A DNA stretch of 64,000 bases from Orbicella franksi (lineage: Eukaryota). The notes beneath the pieces were generated by a model. That model saw only the letters and a program-made list of their open reading frames with translations, did not search any database and was not told the DNA's origin. A program made the position numbers and the translations under genes. How positions within the stretch are numbered: position 1 is the first letter of the stretch; every line of letters starts with the position of its first letter. The stretch is from NCBI GenBank assembly GCA_964199315.1, contig OZ116699.1, forward strand, positions 22,878,001-22,942,000. The letters are read 5' to 3'. Shown here piece after piece: positions 12,901 to 24,500 of this stretch.

Positions 12901-13862
12901 GCTTGATCCTCTGTAAGACGATCCATTTCTCTCTGACGGCATCCATCGCAGCATCAGTCATCACGCTCATCGTCATTACGGTGGACAGATTTGTGTCGAT
13001 CGTCTTTGTATGGAAAACCTGCCTTAACCTCAGGACCTCAAAGGTCTCGTTAGTTGTTATCTGGATAATCGCCATCGGCACCATGGGACTCCATCTTGAA
13101 GTGTACACCGTCAACCAAGCAATCCCAGGAGATGAACGGTACTTCTGCCATCCCGACTGGCAGCGTATGCCAGTCGGCTTCAACAAATTCTTCGCCATTG
13201 GAATGTTCGTTATGCTCTATGCTTTTCCCTTAGTTCTCATGGCGATTCTCTACTCCATGATAGTCCACAAGCTGTGGAAAGACAGTTTTGCCGGAAGCTC
13301 TGCAAGCGGCGGCGATGCGAACATCAACAGCTCCAAGAAACGAGTCGTAAAGATGCTCGTTACAGTAACATTGGCCTTTGCGGTGTGTTGGTTTCCTCTT
13401 CACACCATACACTACTACATATACTTTGAAGCGGAGAGTTTCAAGTGCATGTCACTCTTTCTTATTCTGTTATCTTTCTGGCTTGGCCATGCCAACAGCG
13501 CACTCAATCCAGTCCTCTACGTAATTTTCAACAAGACATTTCGTCGAGCCTTTCTGCAAGCCTTGCACATTGAATCTTACACAAGCCTCAATTCGTCTGT
13601 GAGAAAACGATCAGACAGGCAATTCACAACAACTCAAACTCACGTCAGAAGCAGTTTCCGCAATGGAAATAACAATGATGAAAACATTCCATTTTCACCG
13701 CCTCCCTCAAATGCTCGATCTCAGAAAGAAATGTATGCATATGGGAGGCTGGTGCAGCCAAAAGAGAACTCTAGATCAAAGTCATCAAACTCCAGCTCCG
13801 ATGGTGGCAAGACTAAACGTAACTCCATAATGATCGTTATGGACAAAATGACAACAGTTTGA
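6974..13862 (+). CDS. Class A (rhodopsin-like) GPCR, neuropeptide-receptor type (RFamide/QRFP/tachykinin-like clan), ~420 aa; model join(6974..7004,12631..13862)
   Basis: ORF 12573-13862 has 7 TM segments with GNSLV (TM1), NMAIADLL (TM2), C-K in TM3, DRF, CWFP (TM6) and NSALNPVLY (TM7). Its first residues come from a polypyrimidine acceptor (TTTTTTCATTTCAG ending 12630). A phase-1 upstream exon aagATGGCAAATTCATCACTATTGCTAAACGAAG|gtaggt (6974-7004) joins in frame to give MANSSLLLNEENGTTGAMC, with two N-glycosylation sequons. The main exon is near certain; the first exon is ~0.6. Confidence 0.9.
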
Positions 13863-15471
13863 TTATAAGGAGGACGTCCAATAACACTATGTATCAGACG
13901 TTTAAAAGGGCGTAACGTTCAGGTGGACACCGCATTCTTATGAGTGCCACAGCGGAGTCTCCGAAAAGGTGCACATGGATGGCTTTTCACGTCGGTCCTC
14001 CGAGTCATAATAAGCAAATCGAATGCATGGGATGACGTGTAGGATTCAAACACGATTTGTATCCAGGGTAAAACATATGGTATCGTAGATATGTCCGATG
14101 AGCGAGAAAGCAACCAGATTTGTTCATCAGTCGCTCTAAATAAACTCCACTACAATACCCAGTATTGAACAGTGCCTTGCCCGGTTCGGAAGAAGTCGGC
14201 ATTTTCGAGTTTGATTTAAACACATTAATATAAAGAGGTCATGAATCAGTTTAATAATATATGTCAGATGACTAGCTTGAATTAATTTATAGAAAAACGT
14301 AGAGTTTTCCGAAGAAGTTGAGACCATTCAAAGGATGGCATAGATCGGTTTTAAAAAATCGCATGATGAAATCTAGAGAGAAATCAAATTTATCTTATCC
14401 TATGTAAAATTCTTGGTTTTCATTTGCAGTCACCGTGTGGCATGATTTAACACGTTTTGACGGTTTTAGAGTAGTATGAGATTTATCGGCTTAAAGGGGA
14501 TTGATCACGGTGTTTCAGACAGTTCATGACGTTTAGACTTTATTTCGTGATAAAACAGAATGAGTTATCTAGCCAGTGAACAATACATTGGTAGTTCACA
14601 GAATACATTCCATGTACACTGAATTTAACATTGACATGACTTTATTGCACGATTCATAATTTGAACGGCCGTACATCTAGTTCTCCTCTTTGTTTTCAGA
14701 CATTTCGCTTGTGTTTTGAAGCCATCATTTTGAATTATCGTTAAGTCGCATGCGAAAGAATCACCCAAAACAGAGAGCGTAGCACCTTTAACCGACCAAA
14801 GCCGCTTAGATGTCCTTCATATTCGTAGTGAAGCTAGAGCATGGTTAATAGAGGGAAATTGTTATGTAGCCCGGCAAAGAAAACACATCAATGCACAACG
14901 TTTTATTTTGCGCTCATACATGTACACTACGCATCAATTAGGTAACCTAAACATTTCTAACTGGTTCTTATCTCAGTCATGCTGTGCATGGTACACAGCG
15001 TTTGTGTTTGGTGCAAAAAATAGCGGAAAAACACATACAACAAAGAACTATGGGGGGTTAATAACCATTGCCCTCTTTTAACTATGGCTAAACGTACTAG
15101 AAGTGGCAACTGGCAATACAATAATAGTCACAGAATAGTTCGTTGACGTAGAAATTCACTAAAAGTTTTAACGCCAGCCGAGTATACGGCTTAGCTTTAA
15201 GAAAGTAATGGAGCTTCCTTGGTTATTTCCTATTGTACATGAGAGTTGTAAATACTATAATAAATTGAAGACTTTCGTTGTTCTTGTTTTTTCGGATGTG
15301 CATGAGGTTGCATGGGTTGTAAATCTAATAAGCAATTTATGCAGCGTGCGTGATATATTTATTTCGTGCTTTCCTTAACATGGCGCTTGCTGTCATTAAC
15401 GTAATTTTTGACAGTTGCTACGAAAGTGCCAGGAGAGGTCTCGATTCTTGTGGATCAATTAGGCAGGGTAG

Positions 15472-15890
15472 ACCCCCCCCCCGGGGGGGGGAACTTCCAG
15501 CATAATTGGGTGAGGGTGTGCGGCTCACTCCCCAAAACCCTTACCCTATTTATGACCAAAATCTGCGATTTTCCGTACCCTATTTATGAACTTTCCAAAA
15601 ATTTGATACCCTATTTAGGACCGTTGCGGCTGGCACAGTTACCCTAAACATAATTAATTTCATGAAGGGCTTTGGTTGATGGTCTTATAGATAATGATGA
15701 AAAAGTAGCTTCTTCTAAAAAAAAAAACATACCCAATTCAAGACTAGAGAGCAAAACCATACCCTATTTATGACCCAAATGGACAAAATTGATACCCTAT
15801 TTCTGACCAAAACGGCCGAAAAATCATACCCTTTGGGGCCGCACATACCTATATAGCCCATATAAGGGAGTACCCTTCCGAGGGGGGGCG
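15472..15890. mobile_element. Non-autonomous interspersed repeat with internal TACCCTATTT subrepeats
   Basis: C/G-run termini (CCCCCCCCCCGGGGGGGG ... CCGAGGGGGGG). Five TACCCTATTT copies (~15542, 15576, 15608, 15760, 15792) plus one degenerate copy. Resembles from memory a common anthozoan repeat (not searched). Confidence 0.7.
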
Positions 15891-16565
15891 GCGTAGAACT
15901 ACATGTGAAATGGGCGGGGATGCCTCTCGTCTCTTTTTCAGGAGCAACACTTAGTTATTTAAAAACATGAAGTTGAAAAAGGCACATAAATCATCGTATT
16001 AGCCCTTCATCAGACCAAAGAGTTTACTTTCCTCTGACCAAGGGCTAACAATCGAAACGTTAGCTTTGCAAACTAAATATGCGGCGACTAAATCCTCCTT
16101 ATCATATATAGCTAAAATAGCTAAGTCTTTTACTTGTCCACCGCTGCAGCTCAACACAAACAACAGTCAAACAAATATGAGACTGGAGGACTATATTAAA
16201 GAGGGTAGTTTGTTGACACTTACGTAGTTAAAGATGTACCATATATACACGTCACGCCACTTACGCCAACGTTTTTAAACTTCGTCAGTGTTGGCGGGAG
16301 CGGGAAGACAATTTACTCACACGACATCAAAAATAATCTTGAAATTCAAGATGGCGCATTCAGGCATTGATCACAGACGTCGCACACCAACAAGAAGGGC
16401 CAGAGTAACCAGAAAAATTATTGCTTTAGACCACTTACAAGACATAAATTTGTAGGTAAAGCAGGGGAAGGGCACTTTCTGTCCATTCCACCCCTCCCCA
16501 CTTCCACGAACTCAAGAACACCAGTCGAAGCAGGGTTAAAGCAGTAATAGCAATAACCGTGACTG

Positions 16566-16667
16566 AATAGCATAATGTTACAGATTGAGTTTGACAAACT
16601 ATCTTTGACTATCTTCTAATAGCATAATGTTACAGATCGATTTTGATAAACTATCTTTGACCATCTT
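16566..16667. repeat. Two-copy 52 bp tandem repeat
   Basis: AATAGCATAATGTTACAGAT...AAACTATCTTTGAC(T/C)ATCTT starts at 16566 and at 16618. Confidence 0.9.
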
Positions 16668-17606
16668 TGGTTGTTGTATTACGTGTTTTGATGCATGAGT
16701 CCTAAGACGGCGTGCAGATGTGCATTCTCCACTTCTTCTAATCTAAAGTCACCCTCGAGAATCAAATAACATAAAACCGCCAAAAAAGAATACATCCGCA
16801 TAATACCATAATCAACATCAATATGAGGAACGTACACTGCAATGCAATGGATCGGCACGTGACCCGTTTGTCCTTAAGGCTACAAGTTCGAATTATTAGC
16901 CAACATCAGAAAAGGAAAGAGCTTTATATAAAAATTCAGGAAATATACCTTCAACGTTATATCCATTGTGGTTCTATTTGACTTCCGCCGTTTCGAGATT
17001 TTACGCAGCTTCTTCCCTTCCTTGTTTCTCGCTTTAAGAAAAATCGGTTTAAGTTGACCGACAAAGGCTTCTATGAGATGACGAAAGAAAATACGGTTAC
17101 TATTATACCTGTTTTAACAAGTACACGCTTTTAAGAAGCATGCTATTACCAACTAAAAAAAGCGTTCATAATTTTACTAAAATTGAAGATTTGTGATTGG
17201 AAATTCCGCTTAGAAAATAAATCAACCGACTAAACCTATTTGTTAGAAAAGTCAAAATCTGTAGCAAGTCAGTGAAGAGGTCTAAAGTGAGTCTACGAGC
17301 AGAGCAATTAATTCAACATCTCCCACTGGAAGGAAATGAGAGGGCAAGATACAATATCTCGAGCTTAGCCCCTTGGGTATTTTTTTCAAAGAATAAAGTT
17401 ATTTTTGTTATATAGTTTTACACCATTATGTTTGACATCTTATTTGAACCGGTCAGAAGTGGACACTTAAAATGTCATGCCTTGAGATTCAGACTATGTA
17501 AGGTAGGCAGTTGTGACGCGACGTCGTATGGGTGTGTTACAATAACAATAATAACATTACGTGCCACTGAAGAGTTACTACAGCATTGGCCGCTTGTGCA
17601 ATTTAC

Positions 17607-17957
17607 TAATGGCCGTTTTTATACTAGAAGACGCATTATCCGTCCAGAAGGATAATGCGTCCTTGTCGTTTTTATACTAAAGACGCATTATTCGTCTGGA
17701 CGAACTTGGGCAAACATTTGTAGTTCGTCTGGTCATGCGTCTCTAGTGTAAAGACGGGCACAAGACGTGTTATGCGTCTAGACGAACTATACTTCGAAAT
17801 TCGTCTTGAACGACAAACTAGTTGAGATAGTTCGTCTAGACACATAATACGTCTTGTGCCCGTCTTTATACTAGAGACGCATAACCAGACGAACTACAAA
17901 TGTTTGCCCAAGTTCGTCCAGACGTATAATGCGTCTTTAGTATAAAAACGGCTATTA
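17607..17957. mobile_element. Foldback/MITE-like element with ~125 bp inverted arms
   Basis: The arm ~17667-17789 (CGTTTTTATACTAAAGACGCATTA...GACGAACTAT) is the near-perfect reverse complement of ~17827-17950, with a ~37 nt spacer. An extra terminal copy TAATGGCCGTTTTTATACTAGAAGACGCATTAT at 17607 pairs with ...AAAAACGGCTATTA at 17957. Both ends are TA. Confidence 0.85.
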
Positions 17958-20454
17958 TAAAAATCTGATTAAAAATTACAACTTTAGTTCCAGAATAGGG
18001 GATACAAACTATTGAAAAGTTCTGTGAGTATCAGCTTTTCCACGCGCCTATTGGACGGTGAAACTTCGTTTGGCGCGCGATTTTCAGATACGATTACATT
18101 GCACTTATAACCTCTTTCGGTTAATTGTCACCAATAAACGCTGTGCTATTATTGCTGTTCATTTTTCTGAGGGCGGAGTGCCACAAAGAGCGTTGTTTTA
18201 ACAATGACTTAGGAGGGGCTACATTCCCAATAAGCACGTCCATAACTTTTGAAACATTTGTCTAAGCTAGCTCTGAGACCAAACATTAGTTTACATTTCT
18301 TTTAGGTTTATAGGGAGCAAATTTAAATTGATCGATAAAACCTTTTAATTTTTGAATCATTTTAAAATAAAACTATATTATATTATATTTTGTGGCGACT
18401 CACAATACGGATGGCGGCTAGTGTTATATCCTATTTTGGTCTCTTCCAAGATCCAAACTTTGAGCTTTGCAGGTGATCTAGAGATAGGGATAAGACGTTT
18501 ACGCAAAATAAACAGTAATACCGGTGTTGCAATTGCAGCTAGTAGTAGAATTATACCAGTGGGAAATTTTAACTCGTTTACTACGTAATTTGTAATCTGC
18601 TGAGTGCAATTGGACAATAAAACGACATACTGGTAAATAAAGAAGTATGTTATGCAAATACATGTAATATTCTAAAATGTTACACGTATAAAGCGTATCC
18701 AGTGTTTTGAAAAAATTCCCAGAAGCCCTAATGGGTACAGATTTTTCATATTATCCTTAACTTTGCTAATGAATGAAAATATCTGAAAGTTTTCTGAAAA
18801 GTTAAAATAAAAAAGTAAACAAATGGCTTACCTTTTAGTTTTTAAATTTTCCGTGCAGAAGAGATTGAAAAGAACCAACTAGCCGTCTTTTTTTTATTTT
18901 TACCTCCTTGAAGTTTAAGCGGTGACCGTGCGACGTGACGGTTAAGCTGAATTCATATTGCTGTTCTTATCTCAGTTTACTGTCATTTCGTGTGAATCGA
19001 GAGTCTTGGAGACTGACGTTTTCTTTTCTTTTCTTCATTTTTTTCATGTTATCACATAGATCAGACGCGGCACGACTTGCATCCAATCAGTCTGAATACC
19101 TTTAAAATTAATCACTTTCAGCTGGTGATATTAGTCCTTATGCATATTTGTGTCAGACGAGATAATTTCGCGCCCAAGCCGACTTATGCATACGAAATTC
19201 ACGTAAAAGAGGTTTATAGATTCAGTTGAGATAAAAACATATCGCGAATGTTTCAAATATTAAAATTGGTTTTAATATATCTATATTTGTCCATTCAGGG
19301 AAATTATCTTTAACATACATGTATTCAAAACCAAAAGGGATAACTACGAACAAAAACAGCCCACAGTGTTTAGTATTGTGCTTGTTATTATTTCATCCAG
19401 GAGTTTGATTGTTGCGGTGAAACAATTGTAAAACGAAGAACAATACTTACCAATACATGACAGTTTTTTTCTTTCTGTAATTTAAAACGAATTTACTGAG
19501 TTCATCAAGGATACTTAAACCGGCGATGACTTTGGTGTATTAATACCGTGTACAGTAAGAGTTGAAGACAAATTTAATAAAAAAGCCACGTAAACAAATC
19601 CTTGCGACGAGAACGTAAAAGGAAATTAGAGGCTTCGCTACGACCCTTGCTTTGTTATATTAAAAAAATGTGAAGAGCTCGTGGCAAGGCAAAGAATACA
19701 GGGTGTTTATTACCCTTGATTTTATTTTATATCTTCTCCACTAAACCACCTCTTGTCTACCCTCGAGCAATTTTCATTTCTGTGTCAAATACAACTAGCT
19801 GAAGGAAGAAACATACTACTAACAGGGAACTCCAATGGCTTTACACATATACTGCACTTTAATGTTACAATTTCACTATAGTCTCACTATTTCATCAAAT
19901 GCTTTGAACAAATCAATGCTAAATATGCAACAGTTATCGAGAGCCGGCAAAATTCTGTCTCATGAAATCATAAATTTTGTCCGTAGTTCGATGAATCACA
20001 ATTAATAAGTCGATTTAGTGCCCCTCCCCTCCCCACCCAGTCTAATACGAAGCCTTACCCTCTTTTAGTAAGTGCCACTTAGCACTGTCAGACGTCTGTC
20101 AGAATAGTTTATCATAATTGATTTTGCCATAATTAGGTCACACCCTGACCACAAGAAACGTCAACAAGATGGCTGTTCCCGATTTTTTTCTAAACCATCA
20201 TAAATGTGTACACCAGTAATAAAACCTACGATTAATGCGGTTATGCACAACGACCTGAATGAGTCTGGCTTTAAACTTCAAGTTGTTATTGAGGTATTAG
20301 AGTTACATTAGCCCCTGGGGTGTTGTTTAATCCAGTCATTATGGAGGATTTTGTGTAATCATTAGCATGGCTATTAGTACTACTCCCGAGACAGTACAGG
20401 GTAATACCGTTTTAAATTTCATTGTTTATCTGGTGTTCGTTGAAACAAAGCCGA

Positions 20455-21585
20455 TTACAGAAGTACCTGCTCGGCTGTTATGGCCTGGTCGTTCTCTTCT
20501 TGAATTTCTAGTCGTTTTTTCGATGTCCGTTTTGCAGTCAATGGCATGTGTCCATACCGGCCATCTTTAGGGGATTCAGCGATCCATCGGGTGATGGACT
20601 GAATAGTTGTCGCTTTGAGTAAACTTCGAAAATGCCGACTAAACAGAAACCAAATCCAGGGGTTGATGGCGCAGTTGGCATGGGCCAGCCAAAAAAACGA
20701 CAGAGGAAGGTAGGCCGGAAGTTTACAGTAGGTCTCTTCATCAAATGATCGTAACAAGTGATTAACATGGACTGGAAACCAGCAGACTGCAAATATGACG
20801 ACTATAGCAATAATCATGCCTACTACACGTTGATTCTGCTGCACGATTTTGGATCGGGTGTTAGTCCCCACGGGAAGTTTACTTCGTCGGCGAATTCTAC
20901 ACGCAATAATGGCATAACAAAACACCATGAATATTAGAGGACATGCATAAAGAGCCACGAACTTTATCATTTCCTCTACTGCCAAAGACTTAAGGTTTTC
21001 TTCTGCGTCTTCGCTCCATTTCCTGATACAATAATGCCTGCCATCTGAGCCTTGCTCCAATCTAAAAATGTAAAAATATGGGATGCACAATAATCCTGCC
21101 AATACCCATATCAATGCCATAGCACGTTTGACACCTCTCTTCGTGAGCGGCCTGATAGTTGCGTGTGCTGCCATGAAGCGGTCCAATCCCATGACGACAA
21201 CGGTTAGAATGGATGCGGCGACGGAGAAGCCCACCGAGAAGTAAGATACCTTACAAGTTATTTCTCCGAATATTCCCGACACCCAGAGTCTACCAATGGT
21301 CAGGAACAAGATAAACACGAGTGAAGCCGACGAGGCATTCATGATATCCGCAATCGCCATGTTGATTATCAAAAAGTTGAAGGGAAATTTCTTTCTTGCT
21401 TCTTTATCACTGAGTACAACTCGGATCAAGAGAGAATTTCCGACTAGAGAGGAGAACAAGATCAAGATAAAACCTATGATTACCAGATTTGTAGTGATGC
21501 TACTTGCGTTTTCAAATGCACATTTGGGTTCCCCATGAGTAGAGACATTTGCTGCTGACGAGTTATTTGTTCCACCCAAAATCAT
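20455..21585 (-). CDS. Class A GPCR, neuropeptide-receptor type, ~376 aa, single coding exon
   Basis: 7 TM segments with GNSLL, NMAIADIM, CK, DRF, CWFP and HANCAINPWIW. The splice acceptor (CCTTTACAG) ends at 21592, and the ATG at 21585 is followed by the sequons NNS/NSS/NVS. Confidence 0.92.
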   Translation of the reverse strand: MILGGTNNSSAANVSTHGEPKCAFENASSITTNLVIIGFILILFSSLVGNSLLIRVVLSDKEARKKFPFNFLIINMAIADIMNASSASLVFILFLTIGRLWVSGIFGEITCKVSYFSVGFSVAASILTVVVMGLDRFMAAHATIRPLTKRGVKRAMALIWVLAGLLCIPYFYIFRLEQGSDGRHYCIRKWSEDAEENLKSLAVEEMIKFVALYACPLIFMVFCYAIIACRIRRRSKLPVGTNTRSKIVQQNQRVVGMIIAIVVIFAVCWFPVHVNHLLRSFDEETYCKLPAYLPLSFFWLAHANCAINPWIWFLFSRHFRSLLKATTIQSITRWIAESPKDGRYGHMPLTAKRTSKKRLEIQEENDQAITAEQVLL

Positions 21586-24500
21586 GATGATCTGTAAAGG
21601 TGAAAATAGCAATTCAACAACAGTCGTAGACTAAGTAGAATAACATCTCCCGAGTGACATTTTCAATCAAATTTTAAGATAAACATCGATGTAAATAGAC
21701 TCAACTTGATAACGAACAAAGTTGTTTGTTTCAAAATATCAAAGGATGTATTTACGTCTAAATCGCGTGCGTAAGTGTTTGACGGAGACGATCTGTCATT
21801 ATAATTGCATGACTTCACATTCAAATACTTCAGCACAGATAACCCAGTCGTCATCACTTCGTTATCGGATGAAAACCGCTAGGACTCTCCGGCTCGTCCG
21901 GATCTTAAACATACGTCTGCTTAGTTAAGCGGCAATATTTTTAGTAGACTAGCCAGTAACTCGTTTCTCTCTTCATTTATGAAAACACAACCAGTTATCA
22001 ACCTTCCCTATTCCCTTCGCAAAGATTATTTTGAGATGATTGACATAGTTGTTCGGTTGTACAATTTTGCTTAGTATTCGCACACCTCGAACGTTACAAA
22101 GAACGGTGTGAAAAAAAGCAAACCGTTTATTTGCTAATGTAAATAGTCATAAAAATATCGAAGATTGATTCCGCAAACGTATATTATGGATAAGAGGTTG
22201 ATTTACATGAAAAAGCGGTTGAGCCTATATTGATCGATATTTCACATTCGATTGTTCATAAAAGGCCTCCGGCTAAAAGCAATTGTTCAGCAAAACCACA
22301 TTCAATTTGTTAGCAGTGTTAGCGTGGAATTCTTGGTGTAGACGCTGATTATCATAGAAACTTGAAGGCCCTCAGCGATTCCGATGTCTTCAAAACTAAA
22401 CTAAAAGTAAAATAAATTATGTTTTTACAGGTAGTATAAGAAAGCACAATGTTTTCAACTGACTCAGTAGTCTGCTGGACTGAAAAATCGCATTTCATGG
22501 GTAACTAAATTCTGCCAAATTACAAGAACTGACAGGTTTCATTTACAGTTTCACACTTTCATAGCTATTATGATATTTCTAAGTGTTTCCTCTTCATTTT
22601 ATGAATGTAAAACCACCCAAATATATGCCACCTAACAAAAACAAGGCAGAGAAAAATGCATACTACATGCAGTTTCACGCTCACCTGCCACACAGTCTGA
22701 TCCGCTTCGGTAGATAAGCCCAATTGAGGACTAAAAGGCACTTTTCCCGAACTTTATTTTTGTGTCAGCATATGATTACGAGATCGATATGCATTAATCA
22801 AATAGCAATTAATTTAAGGGAGTTTTTAGAAAATGTCAAACCCGTCTTCATGCGGTGTGTGATGGTCTAGTGGGCGATTCACTGATGCTGGCGTCTTCTT
22901 GCTCCAATAAATCGACTGTACAAATTGGACTATTTGACAGAGATGAATTTCTGTTCCACAAGAACGCCCACATCATATTTGCCTGCTCATAGTTTTAGTT
23001 TTAGCACCGTGAAAGTAAAATATCGTTGTTTGTGACATTCAATTAAGCTTACCACTGGCTCAAACAATCACATTTTGATCAGTCCGCCAGAGATCAAAAG
23101 ACTCACCCACATCAGGGTTCGTCACAGGTGCAAATAGAAGTAGCAGCAATTTGGCTTTGTTCGATGCAATGCAGATCGTTGAAAGTTATTTATTTGACTG
23201 TTCTGTTTTGCTCACATTACAAAAGTATTATCGTAAAAAGTTCGATCTCTAGTCTGTTTTGTCTGTGAGTGGCCAAAGTCGGTAACAATGAAGAATCGAA
23301 GGGATAAACGAACGAGTAATGGAGTATTAGTTTAATGTTATTTAAATATCGAACGTGAATTCCGAAGATCCGTTCTTTTATAGATACAAGCGTAAAGTTA
23401 TTAGTATAAATACAATCGAATAGTTTAGAAGTTTGATCCATAACGTTTGAAGAATACTGTATTTCGCTTAGTTGGTCCACGAGATGCACGCAACGCAGCG
23501 CTGACCAAATATTACATTTACGTTTACTTTCATCACGTTCATTTCACGGTCCATGTGAATCTCGACAGAAGATTATCCAAACAAATAAAATGTTTGTTGT
23601 TGAAGAAAAGCACGAACAACTTATCGTCGACGAGTTAGCGTCACAAGTTAGTGTCACCTCAAACCTTTCTGTTTAGATGACACGGAAAATAGATTTTGGA
23701 GAATGCGTTTTCACATCAACCTTACTCATTCGAGTTGAAACTTATGTACTGACCTTGCGTTTTGTAATCAACTGTGTCTTTGTCAGAGAATCTTACAAAC
23801 TGTTCAAATATCAGATACAAGAGTACAAGGTATTGTGGAAGCAACTGCACCCAAGTGAAAATACGTCTCCTCTAAATTCAATTATCAGTCAACAGCGATG
23901 AAAATAATTACGGAAACAAAAGGCACTCAATTTAGTGTAAATGGTCTGCCCACGGATACTGGACGTCATACCTAATGTAAACAAAATGTAAAATCTTTTC
24001 TGACTCTCACTCGCCGGTTGTCAGTGATTTATATCCATCTTTAGCAGGCACAGCGCGTTCTACTGGAAATCTACCAAACTGATTGGTTCACCCATTGTTG
24101 TTTATTCCCTGAGAAAATACGATCACGCGCGTTAGTGTTATAAACTTAAGGAAAACTATTTTAAATTTTGGCTTACAGAAATAGATAACATTGTAGGATT
24201 TCAGTGGACTTAGATCCTTTAGAGTGTCAACTAAGACAATTAGACTACTCGCCCTCGTTTTCTATAAGCGATATGGTGATGAACCTGGTAGAAAAATCGC
24301 GCTCGTATACTCGAACTGTCAGTTTGATCGATCTGAAACTTTCACATCATCCCTTCCTGTTTTAATTAAATCAAAGTGGCTTTGAGGACTTTGAGTCACT
24401 GAACTTTGAAAATATATCATCTGTAACCACCGCGCTACGTTTTTAATCCATAGGTCACAAAATAATTTTTATATCGAGTTCAGCAGGGAGAAGAAAAGCG

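Noticed and set aside
18825-18900. Strong minus-strand donor (AAAAG|GTAAGC)
   Set aside because: No coding exon or partner acceptor could be assigned.
22250-22410. Possible LINE 3' end (WNS...FKTKLK)
   Set aside because: Too short and degenerate to support.
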